Assembly (NCBI GenBank): GCA_045597305.1
Contig: JAZLJF010000009.1
Span: forward strand, 21,891-53,890
Direction: 5' to 3'
DNA length: 32,000 nucleotides
From: Candidatus Nanosyncoccus sp.
Lineage (GTDB): Bacteria > Patescibacteriota > Saccharimonadia > Saccharimonadales > Saccharimonadaceae
Shown in pieces: positions 14,674 through 23,666 of the stretch. The notes below the pieces were generated by a model. It had not been told where the DNA came from. It did no database searches and saw nothing but the letters and a program-made list of their open reading frames with translations. The translations under genes were made by a program, and so were the position numbers. Position 1 is the stretch's first letter; each line of letters opens with the position of its first letter.

Positions 14674-17600
14674 ATGCCTTGGGATGATAATTTTATCGCT
14701 GCAACCGACTTTGACTCCATTCGTTTAAGTGTTGCTTCGCAAGAAGACATCTTAAACTGGAGTAATGGTGAAGTTACAAAGCCAGAAACAATTAACTACC
14801 GTACTCAGAAACCTGAGCGTGATGGTTTATTCTGCGAAAGAATCTTTGGTCCAGTCAAAGATATTAATCCACATGATAGCAAGTTGAAAGGTGTCCGTTC
14901 TCGTGAGGCAGCTGTAGATAAGGAAGGTAACCTTGTTACGAAGTCAATTTCTCGACGTGAACGTATGGGGCATATTGCTCTAGCTGCACCTGTTGCACAT
15001 ATTTGGTTCATGCGTGGTACACCTTCTGCTGTATCTTTACTTCTTAACCTTACCGTGAAGAACATCGAGAAAGTTGTATACTTCGCATCTTACTTAATTG
15101 TTGACGCAAAAGATGAAGCTATCTCTGAAGAGATGAATAGCCTTGAGGCACAAACTGATGCTGCACGACAGGCAATTCGTATCCGTTACGAAGAGGCTGC
15201 AAAAGCAGAGGGCGCAGATCTAAAGAAGCTTGCAGATGAGCAAGCAAAGGAGACAGAGGATCTAGAAGCTGATTACAATACTAGAAAAGATATCCTTACT
15301 TCTCTTAAGAAGGGCGCCGTCATGTCTGAGGTTGATTATCGAAACCTCGAAGATGATTATGAAGAATACGCAAACTTGATTGACGTAATGATGGGCGCAG
15401 AGGCAATCAAGAAGATGCTTGATGAAATTGATCTTGACACAATGATCTCTGGACTTCGTGAAGAAGCTGATAAGGCAAAGGGTCAAAAAGAGAAGAAGAT
15501 TATGAAGCGTCTTAAACTAATCGAAGGTATGTATTCCGCTGGAATCAAACCTTCCGACCTAGTTCTCTCTGTTATTCCTGTTATTCCTCCAGATCTACGT
15601 CCAATGATTAGCCTTCCTGGCGGCCGTTTCGCTACGTCTGACTTGAATGATTTGTATCGTCGAGTGATCAACAGAAATAACCGTCTAAAGAAATTGATTG
15701 AGCTCAATGCGCCAGAAGTCATTTGCCGTAATGAAAAGCGTATGTTACAAGAGGCGGTTGATGCTTTGATTGATAATGCTGCATCTCATGGCAATAGAAC
15801 TGCAAATTCTCAGAATGGACGTCGAAAACTCAAATCACTTTCAGACCTTCTAAAAGGTAAACAAGGTCGCTTCCGCCAGAATCTTCTCGGCAAGCGTGTT
15901 GATTACTCAGGTCGTTCAGTGATTGTTGTAGGCCCAGAACTAAAGCTTAATGAATGTGGCTTGCCAAAACAAATGGCGCTTGAACTATTTAAGCCTTTTG
16001 TAATTTCATGGCTTATGGCGAATGAACATGCTGCGAATATCCGTGCGGCTACTCGTATGATTGAAGCAGGTGAAAATGTCGTTTGGGACGCACTTGATGA
16101 AGTAATCAAAGGGAAGTATGTACTTCTTAACCGTGCTCCATCGCTCCACCGTCTTTCTATCCAGGCTTTCCAACCAAAATTGATCGATGGTAAAGCAATT
16201 CAGCTTCACCCACTCGTAGCTACCGGCTTCAACGCTGACTACGATGGTGACCAAATGGCCGTACATCTTCCATTGTCAGATGATGCACAAGCAGAGGCTC
16301 GAGAATTGATGTCAGCTACAAAGAACCTTTTGAAGCCTGCTGATGGCGCTCCAGTGTTATCGATTTATCAGGATGTTGTTTTAGGTATTTATTATCTTAC
16401 ATATGATAAGCCAGGTACGGCTACTGATAACGTCAAACCATTTAGCTCAATTTATGAAGCGGAAATGGCTTACGATCAGGGATTAATCCATCTTCAGACA
16501 CCTATTCGTGTATTTGCCAAGAAAGAAATTCGCAATACTACTCTAGGACGAGTGATTTTCAATGAGATCCTACCTGAGGATTATCCATTTGATAATTCTG
16601 TCCAGACTAGTAAACAGCTCAAGAAAGTCATGGCAAATATCTTCGATATGTACGGTGCTGATACAACGGTTAGAATTGCAGACAAACTAAAAAATCTTGC
16701 ATTTGAGTACGAGACAATTGCTTCTGTTTCGACCGCAAAAGATGACTATCCTACATATCCAGAGATTCAAGATTTCATCGCGCAAGGTGATGCAAAGACT
16801 GCTTTGATTCAAGATCAGTTCGACCAAGGACTTTTGACTGAGGAGGAGCGATATAATCTTACTGTTGCAAACTGGCGAGAAATTGACGATAAAATCTCAG
16901 GTTTCCTTAAAGATAAGCTTGCAGACATGGATACGGATATTGCTGTCATGGTCAACTCTGGTGCTCGTGGTAGTGTTTCAAACATCAAGCTTGCATCTGC
17001 CGAAATTGGTATCATGGTCGATATTAATAACAACGAGATTGAGCTTCCTGTTAAATCCAGCTATAAAGAAGGTCTTAATACTCTCGAATCCTTTATCGCG
17101 ACTCGAGGCGCGCGTCAAGGTCAGGTTTCTACTGCTCTTCGTACGGCTGACTCTGGTTATTTAACACGTCGTCTTGTAGATGTTGCTCAGGATGTATTTA
17201 CGGTTGAAGAAGAAGTTGAAGATCCTGGATTCGATGTCCGAAAAGCTGAAGTCCACGATGCTGGTGTACAATTCTCGGCTTGGATTTCTGGTCGTTATAC
17301 AGCTGCTCCTATTCCAGGTTATCTTGAGAAAGATGAACTCATTACACCTGAAATTGCTGCTCAGCTCGAAGATGATGATAAGGTCGAGTCTGTAAAGATT
17401 CAATCTATTCTTACGACAACAGCTGTGAATGGTATTCCACAAAAGGCGTACGGTATTGATATGTCAACACGAAATATCGTTGCAGCGCATCAGCCAGTGG
17501 GTGTTATTGCCGCCCAGTCACTTGGTGAGCCAGGTACTCAGCTTACACTTGATACAAAACACGGTTCTGGTGTGGCTGGTTCTGGTGCAATTGCTCGAGG

Positions 17601-18513
17601 TCTTCCACGTGTTGAAGAGCTCCTCGAAGCACGTTCACCAAAAGGCCAAGCTTGGGTATCCCCGATTGATGGTGTAATTGATATTACAGAGGTGGATAAT
17701 CATTATATTGTCACCGTTACACCTGATTCTGGCGAAACGGAACGTATTGAACTTGATGGCCGAAAAGCAAAGGTTAAAGATGGTGCAAATGTCAAGGCTG
17801 GTGACGTCATCGCCGCTAAGCGTTTAGGTAAAGAACCGATTATTGCAGCATTCGATGGCAATGTCCAACTTGTCGATGATGCAATTATCCTTGTGGCTAA
17901 TGCAGGATCACCTGTAAAGATCGAAATTCCTGGCGATGCTGAGCTCGTAGTAAAGAAGAAAGACAATGTTGCAAAGGGTGATAGAATCACTACAGGTTCT
18001 CTAAATCTTCAGGATCTTTTGAAGAATAAGGGTAAAGAAGAGACAGAACGCTATATCATGAATGACGTTCTTGCAGTTTATGCTGCACAGGGACACGAGA
18101 TTTCTGCAAAACACCTTGAAATTATTGTCCGCCAGATGTTCTCAAGAGTAATGATTGATGAATCTGGTGATTCAAACTTCGTTGTAGGTGATATTGTATC
18201 TCAGGCTGCAGTCGAAAATGAAAACAAAGAGTTAATCGCAGAAGGAAAAGAGCCAGCTCAATATACACAGCTTCTTCTTGGTATTACAAAGGTGTCGATT
18301 TGGTCAGACTCATTCTTGTCTGCGGCATCATTCCAGGATACAACACGTGTACTTATCAACTCTGCTACATCAGGTAGAATTGATCATCTTCGTGGTCTAA
18401 AGGAGAATGTGATTATTGGTCGTAAAATTCCTGTCGGAACAGGAGCAATGCCTCTAATAGCATCTGATTCAGACGAAGAAACACCTTCCGATGAGGAATT
18501 TGATGAAGCCTAG
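14674..18513 (+). CDS. rpoC: DNA-directed RNA polymerase beta-prime subunit
   Basis: ATG 14674 follows the GGAGAGGAG SD, so the track start at 14599 inside rpoB is rejected. Motifs include NYRTQKPERDGLFCERIFGP, RRERMGHI, the NADYDGDQMAVH catalytic loop, and GEPGTQLTL. Confidence 0.97.
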   Translation: MPWDDNFIAATDFDSIRLSVASQEDILNWSNGEVTKPETINYRTQKPERDGLFCERIFGPVKDINPHDSKLKGVRSREAAVDKEGNLVTKSISRRERMGHIALAAPVAHIWFMRGTPSAVSLLLNLTVKNIEKVVYFASYLIVDAKDEAISEEMNSLEAQTDAARQAIRIRYEEAAKAEGADLKKLADEQAKETEDLEADYNTRKDILTSLKKGAVMSEVDYRNLEDDYEEYANLIDVMMGAEAIKKMLDEIDLDTMISGLREEADKAKGQKEKKIMKRLKLIEGMYSAGIKPSDLVLSVIPVIPPDLRPMISLPGGRFATSDLNDLYRRVINRNNRLKKLIELNAPEVICRNEKRMLQEAVDALIDNAASHGNRTANSQNGRRKLKSLSDLLKGKQGRFRQNLLGKRVDYSGRSVIVVGPELKLNECGLPKQMALELFKPFVISWLMANEHAANIRAATRMIEAGENVVWDALDEVIKGKYVLLNRAPSLHRLSIQAFQPKLIDGKAIQLHPLVATGFNADYDGDQMAVHLPLSDDAQAEARELMSATKNLLKPADGAPVLSIYQDVVLGIYYLTYDKPGTATDNVKPFSSIYEAEMAYDQGLIHLQTPIRVFAKKEIRNTTLGRVIFNEILPEDYPFDNSVQTSKQLKKVMANIFDMYGADTTVRIADKLKNLAFEYETIASVSTAKDDYPTYPEIQDFIAQGDAKTALIQDQFDQGLLTEEERYNLTVANWREIDDKISGFLKDKLADMDTDIAVMVNSGARGSVSNIKLASAEIGIMVDINNNEIELPVKSSYKEGLNTLESFIATRGARQGQVSTALRTADSGYLTRRLVDVAQDVFTVEEEVEDPGFDVRKAEVHDAGVQFSAWISGRYTAAPIPGYLEKDELITPEIAAQLEDDDKVESVKIQSILTTTAVNGIPQKAYGIDMSTRNIVAAHQPVGVIAAQSLGEPGTQLTLDTKHGSGVAGSGAIARGLPRVEELLEARSPKGQAWVSPIDGVIDITEVDNHYIVTVTPDSGETERIELDGRKAKVKDGANVKAGDVIAAKRLGKEPIIAAFDGNVQLVDDAIILVANAGSPVKIEIPGDAELVVKKKDNVAKGDRITTGSLNLQDLLKNKGKEETERYIMNDVLAVYAAQGHEISAKHLEIIVRQMFSRVMIDESGDSNFVVGDIVSQAAVENENKELIAEGKEPAQYTQLLLGITKVSIWSDSFLSAASFQDTTRVLINSATSGRIDHLRGLKENVIIGRKIPVGTGAMPLIASDSDEETPSDEEFDEA

Positions 18514-18540
18514 TCGTTAAATCCAAACAAGCATGATAAA

Positions 18541-18572
18541 ATGGCCCACTTTACCAGTGGGTCATTTTTTTG
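18541..18572 (+). terminator. Rho-independent terminator after rpoC
   Basis: ATGGCCCACT / AGTGGGTCAT 10-bp stem (one G-U pair), 5-nt loop, T7. Confidence 0.85.
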
Positions 18573-18590
18573 TATTTATGATAGAAAATC

Positions 18591-18619
18591 TTGCGCAAAT
18601 TTTTCTTTTATGATAAAAT
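18591..18619 (+). promoter_or_regulatory. Promoter of the ribosomal-protein cluster (TTGCGC-17-TGaTAAAAT), giving a ~120-nt leader
   Basis: -35 at 18591-18596, 17-nt spacer ending in TGA, -10 TAAAAT at 18614-18619. Confidence 0.6.
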
Positions 18620-18745
18620 AATATCGTATATTCTAATAATTAGAGCATACATTGCTAGACGCAAGAGTAAGTCGGAGGTTGCCAGATACCGAAGAAACTG
18701 CTCAAAAGTCTAGTTTCTGTGTTGCTCACAAAGGAAAGGAAAAAG

Positions 18746-19363
18746 ATGCAAGTCATCATCGGCACCAAAATTGGTATGACCCAGATCATCGGTGAGGATG
18801 GGATTGTGACTCCAGTCACTATCATCCAGGCCGGCCCAGCTACTGTGACTCAGATAAAAACCGCAGAAAAAGACGGTTACAATGCAGTACAGCTCGGTTA
18901 TGGTCAGGGTAAGAATCTGAGCAAGTCGGTTTCCGGCCATGCAAAAAAGGCTGGAGAAAATTTCTCTCCAAAAGTTCTTAAGGAGTTTAGGACTGAGGGA
19001 GAGCCAGAAGTAAAGGTCGGAGAGAACCTTACTGTGGACGTATTTAATCTCGGTGATAAAGTCACTGTAACAGGTACTTCCAAAGGTAAAGGCTACGCAG
19101 GTACAGTGAAACGCTGGAACTTTAATGAATCACGAAATACTCATGGTTTTAAGGGCAATATTCGTAGAGTTGGTTCTATCGGTTCCATGTATCCTCAAAA
19201 AGTATTCAAGGGCAAGAAAATGCCAGGTCGAATGGGCCACGATCAAGTGACTGTAAAGAATCTTATCGTCGCTTACGTTGATAAAGAGAACAACATAATT
19301 GGTCTCAAAGGCGCTGTCCCTGGTCCTAAAAAAGGCACCATAACAATAGAGGGAAAGGAGTAA
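18746..19363 (+). CDS. rplC: Ribosomal protein L3
   Basis: MQVIIGTKIGMTQIIGEDG...; ATG 18746 follows AAAGGAAAGGAAAAAG. The track GTG start at 18719 is rejected. Confidence 0.95.
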   Translation: MQVIIGTKIGMTQIIGEDGIVTPVTIIQAGPATVTQIKTAEKDGYNAVQLGYGQGKNLSKSVSGHAKKAGENFSPKVLKEFRTEGEPEVKVGENLTVDVFNLGDKVTVTGTSKGKGYAGTVKRWNFNESRNTHGFKGNIRRVGSIGSMYPQKVFKGKKMPGRMGHDQVTVKNLIVAYVDKENNIIGLKGAVPGPKKGTITIEGKE

Positions 19364-19364
19364 T

Positions 19365-19970
19365 ATGGCTAATACGTTGAATAAAGACATTTTCGGTCTC
19401 TCTGTCGAGAATCATGAATTGATTAAATTAGCTTATGATGCTTATCTTGCAAACTCTCGTTCTTCTCACGCAAAGACTTTGAAACGTGGCGAAGTAAGAG
19501 GTGGCGGTAAAAAGCCATGGAAGCAAAAAGGTACTGGACGTGCTCGATTTGGTAGTACACGCAACCCTATTTGGCGTCATGGTGGCGTAGCATTTGGCCG
19601 CACAGGTGAAGAGAATTTCACGAAGAAAATCTCACGCGAAAGCAAGAAGGTTGCAATTCGTCAGGCTCTTTCAATCAAGAATAAAGAAAAAGCAATAATT
19701 CTTGCTGAAAATGAGTTGAAACAGACTGGAAAGACGAAAGACGCAGTTAATTATATTAAAGAGCTCGGTCTCGAAGGCAAAAACATTTTGGCAGTAACAC
19801 ATGAAAAAACGCCAGAACTTATGAAAATGACAAGCAACCTTTCTAATCTTAAATTGGTCAGAGCTACATATCTCAATGTATTTGACATTATGAATGCAGA
19901 TGCTATCGTATTTAGCACTGATGCAGTAAAAGATCTTGAAACATGGTTGATCGGAAAGGAGAATGCATAA
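19365..19970 (+). CDS. rplD: Ribosomal protein L4
   Basis: RGGGKKPWKQKGTGRARFGS signature. Confidence 0.95.
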   Translation: MANTLNKDIFGLSVENHELIKLAYDAYLANSRSSHAKTLKRGEVRGGGKKPWKQKGTGRARFGSTRNPIWRHGGVAFGRTGEENFTKKISRESKKVAIRQALSIKNKEKAIILAENELKQTGKTKDAVNYIKELGLEGKNILAVTHEKTPELMKMTSNLSNLKLVRATYLNVFDIMNADAIVFSTDAVKDLETWLIGKENA

Positions 19971-20377
19971 TGGAAATTTTCCCAAGAGCAACCGAAAAAA
20001 CCTATCGCGAGCAGGCAAAGAGAACATATGTTTTCTTAGTACCTGAAGGTACATCTAAACAATCTGTAGTAAAACTCGTAGCAGAACAGTATAAAGTAAC
20101 AGTAACGGATGTCCGTATCTTGACTCGTAAGGGTAAAGCAACAAAATATAGCAAGGGTAAACATGCTTATCCCGGTACTACTTTCCGCCGTGATAAGAGA
20201 TTAGCTTATGTTACCTTAAAAGAAGGTGATTCAATCAAAGTATTTGAAGACCCTGAAGAAGATAAGAAAGAAAACAAGAAAGCTGATAAAAAGGCTGACA
20301 AAAAAGAAGTAAAGGAAACTGAAGCCAAAAAATCCGCAAAGGCCGATAAAAAATCGGAAAAGAAAGGAGATAAATAA
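19970..20377 (+). CDS. rplW: Ribosomal protein L23 (with ~40-aa Lys-rich tail)
   Basis: The start overlaps the rplD stop as TAATG. MEIFPRATEKTY...YVFLVPEGTSKQSVVKLV...; tail KKENKKADKKADKKEVKE... Confidence 0.9.
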   Translation: MEIFPRATEKTYREQAKRTYVFLVPEGTSKQSVVKLVAEQYKVTVTDVRILTRKGKATKYSKGKHAYPGTTFRRDKRLAYVTLKEGDSIKVFEDPEEDKKENKKADKKADKKEVKETEAKKSAKADKKSEKKGDK

Positions 20378-21213
20378 TGGCTATTAAAGCTTATCGTCCA
20401 ATGACTCCTGCTCAACGTCAGAAGACTACTCAGGATTTTGATAAGATTACTACACGTAAACCACTCAAATCTTTGACAAAGGCAAAGAAACAGCAGGCTG
20501 GTAAAAATAACCAGGGACGTATCACAGTTCGTCACCGTGGTGGCGGTGTAAAACGTCATTATCGTATTCTTACACATAATCTACCAAAGAACCTCACTCT
20601 TACAGTGATGGAAATTGAATACGATCCAAATCGTTCAGCACGTATTGCACGTGTAAAAGATCAGAATGATAATTATTATTATGTTATCGCTGATCAGAAT
20701 ATGGAAAAAGGTAGCAAGTTCTCCACTGGAGATGAAGTTGCAGTCGAAAATTCCAATAGACTTCCACTTGAGAATATCCCAGTCGGTACATTTGTCTATG
20801 CAATTGAATTGACTCCAGGCCGTGGTGCACAGATGGTTCGTGCGGCTGGAAGCTCAGCGCAATTAATGGCAAAGGAAGATGGTTACGCTACATTGAAAAT
20901 GCCATCTGGTGAATTTCGTAAAGTATTAAGTACATGCCAAGCATCGGTTGGTGCTGTTGGAAACGAACAACACCAAAATATCAAAATTGGTGCTGCAGGC
21001 CGAACGCGTCGTAAAGGTATTCGTCCTACGGTTCGTGGTGTTGTGATGAACGCTACAGATCACCCTCACGGTGGTGGTGACGGTGGACGTCATGGTTCTG
21101 GTAAAGCACCTCGTACACCATGGGGTCAGCTCACACTTGGCTACCGTACTCGTCATAATAAGAAAACTAATAAAATGATCGTGCGTAGTCGACACGAAGG
21201 AAAGAGGAAATAG
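20377..21213 (+). CDS. rplB: Ribosomal protein L2
   Basis: VRHRGGGVKRHYR and MNATDHPHGGGDGG. Confidence 0.97.
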   Translation: MAIKAYRPMTPAQRQKTTQDFDKITTRKPLKSLTKAKKQQAGKNNQGRITVRHRGGGVKRHYRILTHNLPKNLTLTVMEIEYDPNRSARIARVKDQNDNYYYVIADQNMEKGSKFSTGDEVAVENSNRLPLENIPVGTFVYAIELTPGRGAQMVRAAGSSAQLMAKEDGYATLKMPSGEFRKVLSTCQASVGAVGNEQHQNIKIGAAGRTRRKGIRPTVRGVVMNATDHPHGGGDGGRHGSGKAPRTPWGQLTLGYRTRHNKKTNKMIVRSRHEGKRK

Positions 21214-21216
21214 GCT

Positions 21217-21510
21217 ATGAGTAGAAGTCTAAAGAAAGGTCCTTTTGTAGATTTTAAGCTTCAGAAAAAAATTGAAGCTCTATCTTCAGATGATCGTACC
21301 GTTATCAAAACATGGGCCCGTCAATCTACCATTTCCCCAGAGATGGTCGGTCGCACAATTGCCGTTCACAACGGTAAGGTCCACGTACCTGTATTCATTA
21401 GCGAAAATATGGTTGGTCACAAACTTGGTGAGTTTGCTCCAACCCGCAAATTCCGCCGTCACGGTGGTAAGAAAGCTGCAGAAGCTGCAGCTGCGAAAGG
21501 AGGCGCATAA
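21217..21510 (+). CDS. rpsS: Ribosomal protein S19
   Basis: [11 protein letters not shown] and [13 protein letters not shown]. Confidence 0.97.
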   Translation: MSRSLKKGPFVDFKLQKKIEALSSDDRTVIKTWARQSTISPEMVGRTIAVHNGKVHVPVFISENMVGHKLGEFAPTRKFRRHGGKKAAEAAAAKGGA

Positions 21511-21890
21511 TGTCGACTCATTTTGCAAAAGCATATATTAAAGGTATTGACAGTATGCCAAGAAAAGCAAGTATTGTTGCTAGCCTAGTCCGTGATCGCT
21601 ATGTCGCTGACGCATTGGTTATTCTTGATAATACTCCTCGTCGTGCTGCACGCGCTGTCAAGAAAGCAATCGAGAGTGCAAATGCAAATCTTTTGAATAG
21701 TGGTATTTCCATTGATCCAAAAACAATTCGCATTTCTCGCATTTCTGTCACAGCTGGTACACGCATGCGCCGTTATGTTCCAGCATCAAGAGGACGCGCA
21801 TTACCTTTCGAGAAAATTTCTTCAAACATCTTTGTCGAAGTTGCTGGAGAAGAAAAAGTAAAAGCTGCTTCTAAGAAGGAGGAAAAGTAA
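21510..21890 (+). CDS. rplV: Ribosomal protein L22
   Basis: PRKASIVASLVRDRYVADALVIL...PRRAARAVKKAIESA. Confidence 0.93.
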   Translation: MSTHFAKAYIKGIDSMPRKASIVASLVRDRYVADALVILDNTPRRAARAVKKAIESANANLLNSGISIDPKTIRISRISVTAGTRMRRYVPASRGRALPFEKISSNIFVEVAGEEKVKAASKKEEK

Positions 21891-22516
21891 TGGGACAGAA
21901 AGTTAACCCAGGATCATTCCGTCTTCAAATCAGCAAAGATTGGTCTTCAAAATGGTTTACTAAGAAGGCAAATTTCAAAGAATGGCTGGTTGAAGATTCA
22001 AAGATTCGCGAAACAATTGAAAATCGTTTCAAGGCACGTCCAACGATTGCAAAAATTAATATCGAGCGCAGCTCTAATCTTATTACTATTACTATTCACA
22101 CTGCAAAAGCAGGTGCTGTAATCGGAAAACAGGGTGCAGGTATTAATGAGCTAAAGAAAGATCTTGAAAAGTTCACATCTCAGCCTGTACGTCTTAACGT
22201 CGAAGAGATAAAGAAGCCAGAGCTCAATGCTAAGTTGGTCGCTGAGAACATTGGTTTCCAGCTTGGAAAGCGTATGAATTTCCGACGCGCAGTCAAAATG
22301 GCTTGTCAATCTACCATGACTGCTGGTGCTAAGGGTGTCCGCATCGAAGTTGCTGGACGTCTAAATGGTGCTGAAATGTCACGTCGTGAAAAGTTTATTG
22401 AGGGATCTGTTCCTCTACATACGCTTCGTGCAGATATCGACTTTTATTGTCATCATGCACCTACTACAGCTGGTATCGTCGGTGTAAAAGTATGGATTTA
22501 TAAGGGGGAGAAGTAA
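21890..22516 (+). CDS. rpsC: Ribosomal protein S3
   Basis: MGQKVNPGSFRL, KH block GAVIGKQGAGI, and GRLNGAEMSRRE. Confidence 0.96.
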   Translation: MGQKVNPGSFRLQISKDWSSKWFTKKANFKEWLVEDSKIRETIENRFKARPTIAKINIERSSNLITITIHTAKAGAVIGKQGAGINELKKDLEKFTSQPVRLNVEEIKKPELNAKLVAENIGFQLGKRMNFRRAVKMACQSTMTAGAKGVRIEVAGRLNGAEMSRREKFIEGSVPLHTLRADIDFYCHHAPTTAGIVGVKVWIYKGEK

Positions 22517-22518
22517 TC

Positions 22519-22938
22519 ATGGCTATCTTATTACCTAGAAAAACTGCTCACCGAAAGGTTCGTATCGGAAAAAACGAAGGCAACGCAACCCGTTGTAATT
22601 CTGTTGACTTCGGTGATTATGGCTTGATGTCGTTAGACAATGAACGTGTTAATTCAAAGCAGATTGAGGCAGCACGTCAAGCAATTACACGCTACATTAA
22701 GCGTGGTGGTAAAATTTGGATTCGAATTTTCCCACATACACCTGTCACTAAAAAGCCTCTCGATGTTAAAATGGGTGGTGGTAAAGGTGAACCACAGTTC
22801 TTTGTAGCAAAAGTAAAAGCTGGAACTGTCATGTTTGAGATTGGTGATGTTACAGATGAACAGGCAAAGGAAGCTCTTCGCCTAGCATCTCACAAATTAC
22901 CTGTCCGATGTAAGATTATTAAGAAAGAGGAGTTTTAA
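22519..22938 (+). CDS. rplP: Ribosomal protein L16
   Basis: LLPRKTAHRKVRIGK and KMGGGKGEPQFFVAKVKAG. Confidence 0.96.
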   Translation: MAILLPRKTAHRKVRIGKNEGNATRCNSVDFGDYGLMSLDNERVNSKQIEAARQAITRYIKRGGKIWIRIFPHTPVTKKPLDVKMGGGKGEPQFFVAKVKAGTVMFEIGDVTDEQAKEALRLASHKLPVRCKIIKKEEF

Positions 22939-22940
22939 TT

Positions 22941-23294
22941 ATGGCTAAAACACTTATTGGCCTGGTTTCGTCCGATAAACGTGACAAAACTATCACAGTG
23001 TCTATTGCCAATCGTGAAACTCATCCTCTCTATCGTAAGCAATTTACAAATACGCGTAAATATACTGCACATGATGAGAAAAATGAGGCTCACGTTGGTG
23101 ATAAAGTCGAAATCGTTGCCTGCCGTCCTTTCTCAAAGACCGTCTGCTATAACCTAGTAAAAGTTCTTGAGAAATCTCACGACACAATCACTTTGAAAGA
23201 AGATGTTAATGAAGTTGAAATGCCCGAAAAGGTTGGCGCAGATGAATCAGCCGACAAAATGGAAACTTCTTCAACTGAGGAAACAAAGGAGTAA
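22941..23294 (+). CDS. rpsQ: Ribosomal protein S17 (acidic C-terminal tail)
   Basis: [39 protein letters not shown]. It starts 2 nt after the rplP stop, leaving no room for rpmC. Confidence 0.93.
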   Translation: MAKTLIGLVSSDKRDKTITVSIANRETHPLYRKQFTNTRKYTAHDEKNEAHVGDKVEIVACRPFSKTVCYNLVKVLEKSHDTITLKEDVNEVEMPEKVGADESADKMETSSTEETKE

Positions 23295-23296
23295 AT

Positions 23297-23665
23297 ATGA
23301 TCCAACAGGAAACTAGATTAAAAGTTGCTGATAACAGCGGCGCCAAAGAACTTGGTGTAATCCGTGTCCTTGGTGGAACTCGTGCAAGGTATGCGAGAGT
23401 TGGGGACATTGTTACTGCAAGTATTAAGGATGCTTCACCTACAGGTAGCGTGAAGAAAAAAGCAGTCGTCCGTGCAGTTATTGTACGCACGCGTGATCAA
23501 ATTCGTCGTCCAGATGGTTCAACAATTCGATTCGACGATAATGCTGCAGTCCTAATCAATGATGATAAGACACCACGTGGAACACGTGTATTCGGACCTG
23601 TCCCTCGTGAACTTCGTGATAAAGGCTACAGCAAAATTATCAGCTTAGCTCCGGAGGTACTATAA
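23297..23665 (+). CDS. rplN: Ribosomal protein L14
   Basis: [18 protein letters not shown]... Confidence 0.97.
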   Translation: MIQQETRLKVADNSGAKELGVIRVLGGTRARYARVGDIVTASIKDASPTGSVKKKAVVRAVIVRTRDQIRRPDGSTIRFDDNAAVLINDDKTPRGTRVFGPVPRELRDKGYSKIISLAPEVL

Positions 23666-23666
23666 T

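Noticed and set aside
20206-20577. 123-aa minus-strand ORF across the rplW/rplB junction
   Set aside because: It is the antisense shadow of the Lys-rich (AAG/AAA) tail, which yields Phe/Leu/Ser-rich sequence. It has no signals.
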